DNA of 64,000 nucleotides from assembly GCA_964016885.1 (NCBI GenBank), contig OZ024753.1, forward strand, positions 31,930,001 through 31,994,000, read 5' to 3'. Position numbers and translations under genes: made by a program. Under the pieces are notes generated by a model. That model searched no databases. It was not told the DNA's origin and saw nothing but the letters and a program-made list of their open reading frames with translations. Of the stretch, positions 29,093 through 42,674 are shown piece by piece. Source of the DNA: Eledone cirrhosa. Lineage: Eukaryota. Within the stretch, counting starts at the first letter, position 1. Each line of letters opens with the position of its first letter.

Positions 29093-29499
29093 TTGTACAT
29101 ATATATATATATTAAGAAATAACAAAATATGATTGATGTTTAGTTGTCGTTAGTAACACAACTTATGTTAATTGTCTAACGACAGTTTCTGTTAACCTCA
29201 ATAATTATCTGATACTTAGTTTGTTTATGTAGAATAAGAAAATTGCTGTTATCTAATGATAACAGAAATGCTCTTTCTCCTTCTCTCTCGTTCTTTCTCT
29301 ATTTTTCAAAAACTGAACAGTACCAAATGTTTTAAGGCTTTTTCTCTGCCAAAGTAGGGGTCAGGCTTGCCTGGGATCAGCAGGCTTCATACTCATTATG
29401 AAATCCTTACCGATGCATTGTTTTACAGCTGGATATCACCTCATATAACATATACAAGGATACAGTTTATTTATTTCAAACTGGATACACACCGCAGAT

Positions 29500-32400
29500 A
29501 TTATCATCATCATCATCACCATCATTATTGCTACTGTCATCACCATCATCATCACCACCACCACTGTCATCATCATCAATGCTATTATCACAACCATCAT
29601 TATCACCACCATCATTATCACCACCATCATTATCACAACCATCATTATCGCAACCATCATTATCACAACCATCATTATCACCACCATCATTATCGCAACC
29701 TTCATTATCACAACCGTCATTTTCACCACCATCATTATCACCACCATCATTATCACAACCATCATTATCACAACCATCATTATCACCACCATCATTATCA
29801 CCACCATCATTATCACAACCATCATTATCACCACCATCATTATCACAACCAACATTATCACAACCATCATTATCACCACAATCATTATCACAACCATCAT
29901 TATCACCACCATCATTATCACAAACATCATTATCACCACTATCATTATCACAACCATCATTATCACCACCATCATTATCATCACCATCATTATCACCACC
30001 ATCATTATCACAACCATCATTATCACCACCATCATTACCACAACCATCATTACCACAACCATCATTATCGCAACCATCATTATTATCACAACCATCATTA
30101 TCACCACCATCATTATCACAACCATCATTATCACCACCATCATTATCACCACCATCATTATCACCACCACCATTATCACCACCACCATTATCACCACCAT
30201 CATTATCACAACCATCATTATCACAACCATCATTATCACCACCACCATTATCACCACCATCATTATCACAACCATCATTATCACCACCATCATTATCGCA
30301 ACCATCATTATCACAACCATCATTATCACCACCATCATTATCACCACCATCATTATCATCACCATCATTATCACCACCATCATTATCACAACCATCATTA
30401 TCACCACCATCATTATCACAACCATCATTATCACAACCATCATTATCACCACCATCATTATCACCACCATCATTATCACAACCATCATTATCACAACCAT
30501 CATTATCACCACCATCATTATCACAACCATAATTATCACAACCATCATTATCACCACCATCATTATCACAACCATCATTATCACCACCATCATTATCACA
30601 ACCATAATTATCACAGCCATCATTATCACCACCATCATTATCACCATCATCATTATCACAACCATCATTATCACCACCATCATTACCACAACCATCATTA
30701 TCAGCACCATCATTATCACAACCATCATTATCACCACCATCATTATCACCACCATCATTATCACAACCATCATTATCACCACCATCATTATCACAACCAT
30801 AATTATCACAGCCATCATTATCACCACCATCATTATCACCATCATCATTATCACAACCATCATTATCACCACCATCATTACCACAACCATCATTATCAGC
30901 ACCATCATTATTACAACCATCATTATCATCACCATCATTATCACCACCATCATTATCACCACCATCATTATCACCACCATCATTATCATCACCATCATTA
31001 TCACAACCATCATTATCACCACCATCATTATCATCACCATCATTATCACCACCATCATTATCACCACCATCATTATCACAACCATCATTATCACCACCAT
31101 CATTATCACCACCATCATTATCACCACCATCATTATCAACACCATCATTATCACAACCATCATTATCACAACCATCATTATCACCACCATCATTATCACC
31201 ACCATCATTATCACCACCATCATTATCACAACCATCATTATCAGCACCATCATTATCGCAACCATCATTATCACAACCATCATTATCACGACCATCATTA
31301 TCACCACCATCATTATCATCACCATCATTATCACCACCATCATTATCACAACCATCATTATCACCACCATCATTATCACAACCATCATTATCATCACCAT
31401 CATTATCACAACCATCATTAACACAACCATCATTATCACCACCATCATTATCACCACCAACATTATCACAACCATCATTATCACCACCATCATATCACCA
31501 CCATCATATCACCACCATCATTATCACCACTATCATTATCACAACCATCATTATCACCACCATCATTATCACCACCAACATTATCACAACCATCATTATC
31601 ACAACCATCATTATCACCACCATCATTATCACCACCAACATTATCACAACCATCATTATCACCACCATCATATCACCACCATCATATCACCACCATCATA
31701 TCACCACCATCATTATCATCACAATCATGATCACCACCATCATTATCACCACCATCATTATCACCACCATCATTATCACAACCATCATTATCAGCACCAT
31801 CATTATCACAACCATCATTATCACCACCATCATTATCATCGCCATCATTATCACCACCATCATTATCACCACCATCATTATCACCACCATCATTATCACC
31901 ACCATCATTATCACCACCATCATTATCACCACCATCATTATCACCACCATCATTATCACAACCATCATTATCACAACCATCATTATCACCACCATCATTA
32001 TCACAACCATCATTATCATCACCATCATTATCACAACCATCATTATCACCACCATCATTATCACCACCATCATTATCACCACCACCATTATCACCACCAT
32101 CATTATCACAACCATCATTATCACCACCATCATTATCGCAACCATCATTATCACAACCATCATTATCACCACCATCATTATCACCACCATCATTATCATC
32201 ACCATCATTATCACCACCATCATTATCACAACCATCATTATCACCACCATCATTATCACAACCATCATTATCACAACCATCATTATCACCACCATCATTA
32301 TCACCACCATCATTATCACAACCATCATTATCACAACCATCATTATCACCACCATCATTATCACAACCATAATTATCACAACCATCATTATCACCACCAT

Positions 32401-34190
32401 CATTATCACAACCATCATTATCACCACCATCATTATCACAACCATAATTATCACAGCCATCATTATCACCACCATCATTATCACCATCATCATTATCACA
32501 ACCATCATTATCACCACCATCATTACCACAACCATCATTATCAGCACCATCATTATCACAACCATCATTATCACCACCATCATTATCACCACCATCATTA
32601 TCACAACCATCATTATCACCACCATCATTATCACAACCATAATTATCACAGCCATCATTATCACCACCATCATTATCACCATCATCATTATCACAACCAT
32701 CATTATCACCACCATCATTACCACAACCATCATTATCAGCACCATCATTATTACAACCATCATTATCATCACCATCATTATCACCACCATCATTATCACC
32801 ACCATCATTATCACCACCATCATTATCATCACCATCATTATCACAACCATCATTATCACCACCATCATTATCATCACCATCATTATCACCACCATCATTA
32901 TCACCACCATCATTATCACAACCATCATTATCACCACCATCATTATCACCACCATCATTATCACCACCATCATTATCAACACCATCATTATCACAACCAT
33001 CATTATCACAACCATCATTATCACCACCATCATTATCACCACCATCATTATCACCACCATCATTATCACAACCATCATTATCAGCACCATCATTATCGCA
33101 ACCATCATTATCACAACCATCATTATCACCACCATCATTATCACCACCATCATTATCATCACCATCATTATCACCACCATCATTATCACAACCATCATTA
33201 TCACCACCATCATTATCACAACCATCATTATCATCACCATCATTATCACAACCATCATTAACACAACCATCATTATCACCACCATCATTATCACCACCAA
33301 CATTATCACAACCATCATTATCACCACCATCATATCACCACCATCATATCACCACCATCATTATCACCACCATCATTATCACAACCATCATTATCACCAC
33401 CATCATTATCACCACCAACATTATCACAACCATCATTATCACAACCATCATTATCACCACCATCATTATCACCACCAACATTATCACAACCATCATTATC
33501 ACCACCATCATATCACCACCATCATATCACCACCATCATATCACCACCATCATTATCATCACAATCATGATCACCACCATCATTATCACCACCATCATTA
33601 TCACCACCATCATTATCACAACCATCATTATCAGCACCATCATTATCACAACCATCATTATCACCACCATCATTATCATCGCCATCATTATCACCACCAT
33701 CATTATCACCACCATCATTATCACCACCATCATTATCACCACCATCATTATCACAACCATCATTATCACCACCATCATTATCACCACCATCATTATCACA
33801 ACCATCATTATCACAACCATCATTATCACCACCATCATTATCACAACCATCATTATCATCACCATCATTATCACAACCATCATTATCACCACCATCATTA
33901 TCACCACCATCATTATCACCACCATCATTATCACAACCATCATTATCACCACCATCATTATCACCACCATCATTATCACCACCATCATTATCACAACCAT
34001 CATTATCACCACCATCATTATCACCACTATCATTATCACAACCATCATTATCACAACCATCATTATCACCACCATCATTATCACAACCATCATTATCACA
34101 ACCATCATTATCATCACCATCATTATCACCACCGTCATTATCATCACCATCACCATCATCAACAGCAACACCATCATTACTATCATCATA
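29500..34190. repeat. 15-bp minisatellite (CATCATTATCACMAC) with a 1840-bp internal duplication
   Basis: Rare variants recur at a 1840 offset (ACAATCATGA at 31721 and 33561). Confidence 0.96.
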
Positions 34191-34544
34191 TTATAAGTGT
34201 TTTTCTAATCTTGCATGAGTTACACACAATATATGTGGATGTAAGGAGGTTGAACTCTGTATTTCTGAAATGTTGGCCAAGAATTCTGATTTCTGAGTGA
34301 AAGGACCTCTGGCAACAGATTCTGTCTGAATCAGATATCTATACCAAACAACTTGGATGTAAAACACTTTCTATACAAACTATTGAAATACTAGGTAATT
34401 TACTTAGAAAATATAGGAATCCCAAATACAGAAAATAACTATAACAACATCATCATCATCATCAGGTCGAGCTTGCTCGGCTTTCTACGACACGTTTCCT
34501 CCATCCATCTCTGTTGCTCATAGAGTTTGCCAGTTCTTCTGCAG

Positions 34545-34745
34545 TGCACCCAACAAATAAGGATCTCTATGGCAATATACCCCCTATCAGCAGGTCAATA
34601 CGTGGACAGAGACTCAGATTTGCTCGTCACTGTTGGCGCAGCAAGGAAGAAATAGCAGGTGATGTGTTGTTATGGAGTCCATCTGATGGAGCAAGAAATG
34701 CTGGTCGTCCCAAAAAGACATAAGTGAAGCAACTTGAGGACGATA
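34545..34745 (+). mobile_element. RTE/RTEX-like LINE 3' fragment; related fragment at ~52687-52900
   Basis: LYGNIPPIS..RLRFARHCWRSKEE..LLWSP..GRPKKT C-terminal signature. Confidence 0.75.
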
Positions 34746-34829
34746 CTATAACAACAGTTGATGGCTATACATAATAGCTCTGTTTCTCTGTAGTTGTTGC
34801 TGACCACTTTTTTCTGTCCATTGTTGTAT

Positions 34830-35523
34830 CATCATCATCATCATCAACGTTTAACGTCCGTGTTCCACGCTTGCATGGGTTTGGACGGGGGTTTTCCCAC
34901 TTGAGGCAAGAGTGACTGTCTTGCTTGCATAGGACTGTCTGGCAGGTTTTCTACAGTTGGATGCCCTTCCTAACACCAACCACATTTACAGTGTGGGTCT
35001 GGGAAGTTTTTACCGTGTTACCTACACGGCCACATTACAGCGTGGATTGTCTGGCGGGTTTTCTACGGCTGGATGCCCTTCCTAACACCAACCACATTTA
35101 CAGTGTGGGTCTGGGAGGTTTTTACCGTGTTGCCTACACGGCCACATTTACAGCGTGGACTGTGTGTTTTTTTTGTCGTGACACCTACACGATCTCATTT
35201 GTTTCGGCCTGGATGTTGTGGCACCAACATAGCTTTACATAGAAGGGGGCGGTGTGGATGGGGTGGGGGTGGTGGGACGGGGGGTGTATTTTGTTAGAGA
35301 TGCCTACTGACTGTAGTAGGTTTTACTATGTATTTAGGTAATGCGGGTCTTCTCTATTACTGATTTACCTATTTTCAAAGGTATTATTTATGGCTCTCTA
35401 CTATTATATTTCTTTTCTGCTTTGGGGATTCCTATTATAGTTCTAAAAGAATTTCAAATTACCCAGTGCTTTGATAGTTTGTATAGAAGCTTTAATATAT
35501 ATATATACACACACTCACACACT

Positions 35524-35560
<37 letters not shown>

Positions 35561-35830
35561 CATTTCATTCATTTCATTTTACGTCCGCTTTTTCCCTACT
35601 AGCAAGGGTGGGACGGGAACTGATTCTGGCTTGATTTCTACAGCTGGATGCCCTTCCTAACACCAACCTCAATTACAGTGAGTGCTGGGTGCTTTTTTTC
35701 CGTGGCGCCTACACGACCACTTTGCAGTGGAATGATAGGGACCTCAGTCCCTATCATCTCATTTTTACAGCTGAGTAAACTGGAGCATTGTGAAATAAAG
35801 TGTCTTGCTGAAGGAAACAACACACTTTAT
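34830..35830 (-). mobile_element. SINE family B copies (34830-35200 and 35570-35830)
   Basis: Reverse complement of parts of 37210-37556, with (CAT)n tail. Confidence 0.8.
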
Positions 35831-35940
35831 TTCACATTGCTCCAGTTTACTTAGCTGTAGAAATGAGATGATAGGGACTGGGGTCCCTATCATTCCACTG
35901 CATATATATATATATATATGCAGTGGAATGATAGGGACCC

Positions 35941-36774
35941 CTGTATTTTCGTTGCTCTGGTAATGCGGTCGGACCGCCGACTGCTATATCTGATTTGCTA
36001 AGCTGTCTGAACATAATGTTATTACTCTGGAGTCTTACCTCATCTGAGTGCTAAAGCTACAGACCGAATAAGCATACACACTAGCTTGGCCGTATACTAG
36101 AGCTTCGTCTATGCTGTACTAAAATTTATATTTACTCCTAGAATTAATGATTAACTGATTAATTTTATTGGATGATTCTATTGATTAATTAATTGTTTAA
36201 GTTTGTTTGATAACTTCTAGTCGAGTGCTTTATTCGGTTTGAATAAGGGGATTTATTCCTTTATCTCAAATTCGAATACACCGCCTAAGCGGGGGTTACC
36301 TCCCTTGGAGAAAACCATGTGTCTGTGCCGACCTTTAAAGTCACAACATACCCGCTTTGGCTAAGAACGAAAGACTGGCTGAAGAAGTAAATCCTATGTT
36401 CTGTCGTCAAAAACCATTATATTGCAGACTCCTGCAATAGGAATTTGTCGATCAAGGATTTGCAGAAACTTAGCGCTGTCGTTGAGTGCGATATTGCGAT
36501 CTATATTGTGGAAACACCATGTGGGTTATATATTTAACACTCAGCCTCAGCGTTGTGTCCAGGTCAGTAAAAAATCTTTTCCTGGGTCCTGTATTTTCGT
36601 TGCTCTGGTAATGCGGTCGGACCGCCGACTGCTATATCTGATTTGCTAAGCTGTCTGAACATAATGTTATTACTCTGGGGTCTTACCTCATCTGAGTGCT
36701 AAAGCTACAGACCGAATAAGCATACACGCTAGCTTGGCCGTATACTAGAGCTTCATCTATGCTGTACTAAAATT

Positions 36775-36776
<2 letters not shown>
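35941..36776 (+). mobile_element. Element with ~188-bp terminal direct repeats (648-bp period) and a degenerate hammerhead core; Penelope pseudo-LTR-like
   Basis: 35941-36128 nearly identical to 36589-36776; CTGAAGA at 36379, stem GTAAATCCT/AGGATTTGC, GAAAC at 36465. Confidence 0.65.
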
Positions 36777-36806
<30 letters not shown>

Positions 36807-36814
36807 CACACATA

Positions 36815-37049
36815 TATGTTCGCGGAAATTTTAATATTTCCTTTGTTAACACTTTGAATTTACCCGCCAAAAACCGGGGCTTGCTTCCCTTGTTGGAAAT
36901 AACACGTGACAACTAAATGTTCACTGGCTGCATTCTTAGTGGCCGCATTTAGTTTGTTCACTCTGATTTGTGGCAGAAAGGAATCCCTGTTGATGAAATG
37001 AATCCCCTGTTCGATCATGGAATACCACGAGCGTGCGTGTTACGTAAGT
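36815..37049 (+). promoter_or_regulatory. Candidate promoter plus first exon, antisense to the guanylyl cyclase gene
   Basis: CpG-retaining unique DNA with TTCGCGGAAA, TTTGAA-TTTACCCGCCAAAA (CHR plus E2F-like), CACGTGAC, and a GTAAGT donor at 37044. Confidence 0.35.
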
Positions 37050-37209
37050 TGGATTAATGATTTTGGATTCACAGAAACACTTTAGGCGTATAGCGTTTAA
37101 TTTGTCCAGGTGTATCTTTTAACCTGTTTGTTCTTTCGTTACTTTTGTATTGTGTGGTTGGGTTTTGCCTACCGCAATGTTCAATTTGTCAAGGTATTTA
37201 AACGTATAT

Positions 37210-37556
37210 GGAGGCACATGGCTTAGTGGTTAGAGCATTAGCCTTGCAATCGAAAGGTTGTGAGTTCAATTCTCAGACCGGATGATGTGTTGTTTCCTTG
37301 AGCAAGACACTTTATTTCACATTGCTCCAGTTTACTCAGCTGTAGAAATGAGATGATAGGGACTGGGGTCCATATCATTCCACTGCAAAGTGGTCGTGGA
37401 GGTGCCACGGCAAAAAAGCACCCAGCACTCACTGTAAATGAGGTTGGTGTTAGGAAGGGCATCCAGCTGTAGAAATCAAGCCAAAATCAGTTCCCGTCCA
37501 ACCCTTGCAAGCAGGGAAAAAGCGGACGTAAAATGAAATGATGATGATGATGATGA
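37210..37556 (+). mobile_element. Full-length SINE family B: tRNA head, CORE-like domain and RTE-derived 3' tail
   Basis: A box TGGCTTAGTGG, B box GAGTTCAATTC, CCTTGAGCAAGACACTT domain. The tail matches the 3' end of the LINE at 41765-41820. Confidence 0.88.
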
Positions 37557-37682
37557 TATTACTCTAAGGACCTACCCTTATTGAGTCCTTTGCTAACTCA
37601 TTCCTATTATAGGTCAACTTTGCTTTCCCACAGCCAAAACTTCGATTTTAATAAGCTTCCACTTGCATATATATATATTGTA

Positions 37683-37873
37683 TAGGAAAAGAGTCAGGAC
37701 CCTGACGGCTGAGCTCTGGCTGTTTCGACTGCTAGATCCAAACAGTTCAAAATGGCTGGAGCTCAGCTGTTGGGGTCCTGACTCTTTTCCTATTACCCAC
37801 TCTACAACCCTAAGTATCGGGTACTCTGGTGCATTATGATCCACCTGGTATCTTACCACACCTTCTTTGTTAT
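37683..37873 (+). mobile_element. TA-flanked hairpin-plus-tail element; further copies at 39879-40090 and 42927-43133, fragment at 54481-54530
   Basis: TAGGAAAAGAGTCAGGACCC...GGGTCCTGACTCTTTTCCTA inverted arms followed by a shared ~80-bp tail. Confidence 0.85.
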
Positions 37874-38033
37874 ATATTGTATATATATATTGTATATATG
37901 TAGGAAAGAGATTCTCAGCTCTTATTGATAAGTATTTCCATGTAGGCACAAATACAGATAGATTTTAAACAGTCATGCCATAAAAATCAGTTGTTTTTAT
38001 ATTAGAAATGTTAGAACATATCTCCAACAAACA

Positions 38034-39020
38034 AATGAACTCCTACACATTAGGTTGATCAAATAGAAGAGCAAAGGCATGCCACCTAGACCAAAACTTG
38101 TATCAGATGAACTCCTACACATAAAGTTGATCAAATAGAAGAGCAAAAGCATGCCACCTAGACCAAACTTGTATCAGATGAACTCCTACACATAAAGTTG
38201 ATCAAATAGAAGAGCAAAGGCATGCCACCTAGACCAAACTTGTATCAGATGAACTCCTACACATAAAGTTGATCAAATAGAAGAGCAAAGGCATGCCACC
38301 TAGACCAAACTTGTATCAGATGAACTCCTACACATAAAGTTGATCAAATAGAAGAGCAAAGGCATGCCACCTAGACCAAACTTGTATCAGATGAACTCCT
38401 ACACATAAAGTTGATCAAATAGAAGAGCAAAGGCATGCCACCTAGACCAAACTTGTATCAGATGAACTCCTACACATTAGGTTGATCAAATAGAAGAGCA
38501 AAGGCATGCCACCTAGACCAAACTTGTATCAGATGAACTCCTACACATAAAGTTGATCAAATAGAAGAGCAAAGGCATGCCACCTAGACCAAACTTGTAT
38601 CAAATGAACTCCTACACATAAAGTTGATCAAATAGAAGAGCAAAGGCATGCCACCTAGACCAAACTTGTATCAAATGAACTCCTACACATAAAGTTGATC
38701 AAATAGAAGAGCAAAAGCATGCCACCTAGACCAAACTTGTATCAAATGAACTCCTACACATAAAGTTGATCAAATAGAAGAGCAAAGGCATGCCACCTAG
38801 ACCAAACTTGTATCAAATGAACTCCTACACATAAAGTTGATCAAATAGAAGAGCAAAAGCATGCCACCTAGACCAAACTTGTATCAAATGAACTCCTACA
38901 CATAAAGTTGATCAAATAGAAGAGCAAAAGCATGCCACCTAGACCAAACTTGTATCAGATGAACTCCTACACATAAAGTTGATCAAATAGAAGAGCAAAG
39001 GCATGCGCCCTAGACCAAGC
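38034..39020. repeat. 71-bp minisatellite, ~14 copies
   Basis: Period 71 measured (ATGAAC at 38178 and 38249). Confidence 0.95.
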
Positions 39021-40769
39021 TTATAAAGTGGCTTCATGACATATGATGCTAAGGTCACCTTGTCCCAACTAAACCAATAACCTACATGGGAATACTAATT
39101 TAAAATCCACATCCTAAACCACAAGATGCCCTTCAAAATTACCCAGAAAAAAAGATCAAACACACAAATCACAAGCCATGTGTGGCCTCTTCAAAACTGT
39201 GGCACAACTTTCTTCATCAAATGGAAGAGTATTGAAAGATCTAGATCTATGCAAATGGAAAAGTTACACAATTCGAAAATTTAAATATGTGGGTTACTTC
39301 GATCGTTGAACCCACACCCACACATTCATCTTACATATAATTAATGTAATAATTTATCTAGTTTAATTCTCGCGTGTGCTACCATATTATATATTTTATT
39401 GTTTTCCTTATTTCAAATAATCAATAAAATTTCTTGCATGACATCATAAATAACCACCATTGTTTAGATGTAGTCATTCATAAATACAACAATCCTTTTA
39501 TTTGAGCTTGCTTGACACAAGGTCATTGATTATTTTATTCTTTATATCACACCAGAAGATGTACAATATTTTATGATTCTGTGCTATATACAATATGTTT
39601 TTTCTCCCCTTTTTTTTATAATATTGTTATAGTATAAGTATTAGTTAAATTATTTGTAAGGAAATACTTATAAAGTTATGAAATGATTTAAAAAATTTAT
39701 TCTATCATCTTCATTTATTATACACACTCACATGTATATATAAAACGACAACAGAAGGCCGAACTGGAAGATATGCTTTAAAATTTTAATTCCATGAATC
39801 ACATGATTTGCTTACCAGAATCAGTTCTACACTTAGGTAATCAAAATAACTTAAATAGTGTGTGTGTGTATATATATATAGGAAAAGAGTCAGGACCCCG
39901 ACAGCTGAGCTCCGGCTGTTTTGACAGCTGGATCCAAACTGTTCAAACCGTTTGAATCTAGCTGTCGAAACGGCCAGAGCTCAGCCATCGGGGTCCTGAC
40001 TCTTTTCCTATTACCCACTCTACTACCCTAAGTATCGAGTGCTCTGGTGTGTTATGGTCCAGCTGGTTCCTTACCACACCTTTGTTTTATATATATATGA
40101 TGGCTGCAACTCGATTTCGAGTAATGCCATTGCTTGATACTTGAACATGAACATCATGGATATGGCTTTTAATCCTGCTAGGGACTTGCCTATGGCCAGC
40201 AATGACATGCATTGCAAAAAATGTCACATATCAAGTGAAGCTTGAGCTTGAAGCTTTTTTAAATGACGAAAGACTTTGCACAGGGCCAATCCTATTCTCT
40301 GAACATCGGATGTATTTACAAAAAGTAAAACTGGTTTACATTATTGGATGCAAACAATGTTGCAGGTTTTATCTTAGAGTGACATTCTCCTAGAGAGATG
40401 TCTTAATGAGGACTTAGAGTCTCTTGCTCCACAAAAAAAAAGAAAGAAAAGAAAAATACTTTATTGTATGGCCGTTGGCACTCTTGAGTTCCTTCGACCT
40501 TTGACGGATATATATGTATATTGAAAAAATTAAAACAGCAGAGTTTTCCTTACAAATCACATGTTATTGGAATAATAGGGTTGTAAATATGCAATAGGTG
40601 ACATTTTGGTTATTTAGTAGTATTTTTACAAATCATGTTTAAAGTAAACAAAAATATATAAGAAATATATATATATAATCATCAAATTATTTGGCACATT
40701 AGTACAGAAACTTTCTAAATAACCGAAAGGTCAGCCATTGCATTTTTCGAAAACCTATTTCACACACGC

Positions 40770-41090
40770 ATCATCATCATCATCATCATCACCGTTTTAC
40801 GTCCGTTCTTCCATGCTAGCATGGGTTAGACGGGTTGTCCTGTTGTGTGCAGTGTCTGGTCGGCTGACCATGCCTTGCTCATACAGGAACTGATCTGGCT
40901 TGATTTCTACAGCTGGATGCCCTTCCTAACACCAACCTCATTTACAGTGAGTGCTGGGTGCTTTTTCGTGGCGCCTACACGTCCACTTTACAGTGTGGGC
41001 TGGGTGCTTTTTTGCCGTGGCACCTCCACGACCACCTTGCGGTGGAGGGTGTGGGGGCATATTGTTTATATGCTTCAGCATGTACCCATG
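40770..41090 (-). mobile_element. SINE family B 3' portion
   Basis: Reverse complement of 43857-44170. Confidence 0.85.
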
Positions 41091-41146
41091 GGAGGTCGGG
41101 TACTCTGTATTACTGCGTATATATATATATATATACACATACACAC

Positions 41147-41246
41147 AGAAGGTGTCCCGAAAATGTATATACACTTTGATTACCTGTAAAGGCAATATTT
41201 ATTAAAATGCTGTTGAAGCGTGTTTACATTTTGGGGGGACACCCTG
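41147..41246. mobile_element. Small Tc1/mariner-type MITE; second copy at ~52570-52660
   Basis: GGTGTCCC...GGGACACC inverted ends; internal similarity between the copies. Confidence 0.6.
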
Positions 41247-41260
41247 CGTGTGTATATACA

Positions 41261-41820
41261 TTCCGAGGCCATAGTATCTAGAATAAGGTCAGGTTGGAAG
41301 AAGTTTAGGGAGCCGCTTCCTCTGCTGACGAAGAAAGTTTCTCCCTGCGTACGAAAGGCCGGTTATATGATGCCTGTGTGAGGAGCGCAATTCTGCATGG
41401 TAGTGAGACATGGGCAGCAACTGCAGAGGATATACGACGGCTGGAGAGAAATGAGGCAAGCATGCTCCATTGGGTGTGCAATGTCAATAAGCATGAACAA
41501 CCCAGCATGGATGTGTTGAGAGAGAAACTGTGTCTGAGAGGGATAGAATGTAGTGTGCGAGAGAGGAGACTGCGGTGGTATGGACATGTGATGCGCATGG
41601 AGGATGATCGATGGGTGAAGAAATGCCAGTTGAAGGAAGATGTGGTAGAGGTAGACCACGAAAAACTATGGGCGGAGGTGGTGAGAACAGACCTCAGATC
41701 GCTGAAGCTCACGGTGGAGATGACAAAGGACCGTGACAAGTGGAGAGATGCTGTGTTGAATAAGACCCGTCCCACCCTTGCAAGCAGGGAAAAGTGGACA
41801 TAAAATGATGATGATGATGA
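41261..41820 (+). mobile_element. RTE-clade LINE 3' end with (ATG)n tail
   Basis: ORF 41378-41803: RSAILHGSETW...RLERNEASML..RRLRWYGHVMRM..DRDKWR, a typical RTE C-terminus. Confidence 0.9.
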
Positions 41821-41888
41821 TATATATACACATATACATATATACATATATATATAAACATATATATATATACACATACATATATACA

Positions 41889-41928
<40 letters not shown>

Positions 41929-42306
41929 CATATATATATAGCTATATATATATATGATCCAGCCTTTTCATGATTTTTTTCAGTATTGCACTTCATTCAT
42001 GTACCAACCATGATGGAAGACACACATGATGTTGAGATGTTGAGTACTTTTGTTTATTGCATCATGATCTGTTGATTAAAATAACTGGATCACAAACCCA
42101 GCTACATATTAGTTAAACTATACAACATAAATAAAAAAAAATATATATATATATACATATATATACACATAGGAGTAGTTCCATAACTGTTAGTTCACCA
42201 TATCGAGAACAATTGTTTCACCTTATTTGGACCCTCAGCTCTGTACTACTACCAAACTCATCCCATGGACTGAGTGCTCTACTACTACGATATATATAAA
42301 GATATT

Positions 42307-42474
42307 GTATTTCTCGGCGTCGGAGACACTACTTTTTTCCTAAAATAAGTCTCAAAAATCTACCATGCGTCCTAGAGGCTGAAGGTTGTTTATTATTTTT
42401 TTTCAAATTTTTGGTTGTCAAAATTAGGGTGCGTCCTCGGGGACAAAGCGACTTCGGCACCGGAAAATACAGTA
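42307..42474. mobile_element. pogo/Tc1-type MITE; second copy at 52402-52560 (TA-CCGTAT...ATACGG-TA)
   Basis: Terminal inverted repeats with TA flanks; the two copies align over their length. Confidence 0.8.
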
Positions 42475-42512
42475 TATATAGATAAGGAAAATAATTATAA
42501 TTTGTGACATAC

Positions 42513-42674
42513 CTCGAGGGGTCATACTATCACGGTCGGGGTGAAAGTAGAATACCCCATTTCTGTAGATGATTTCTTGACATATGATGCTCCAGCTGTA
42601 TACATCACCCTTCTGTGAACCTCCTGCGGGTCGGTTTTGCATCCTTAATAGTTCTGGTGCTGTCCATAGTAACT
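42513..42674 (-). CDS. NPR1-like: Internal exon (162 nt, phase 1-1) of the receptor guanylyl cyclase: (K)[53 protein letters not shown]
   Basis: TTTAAG acceptor and GTATGT donor. The split codon A|AG (Lys) joins the previous exon in frame. LWTAPELLR and GSQKGDVYS motifs are present. Confidence 0.95.

Noticed and set aside
29367-34300. His-rich and MMVVI/ITTII ORFs
   Set aside because: Translations of a 15-bp satellite.
37210-37290. tRNA gene
   Set aside because: The A/B boxes belong to a SINE head; no complete cloverleaf, and the sequence continues into the SINE body.
40098-40393. Short plus-strand ORF in complex sequence
   Set aside because: No recognisable homology or splice pattern; possibly a decayed transposon.
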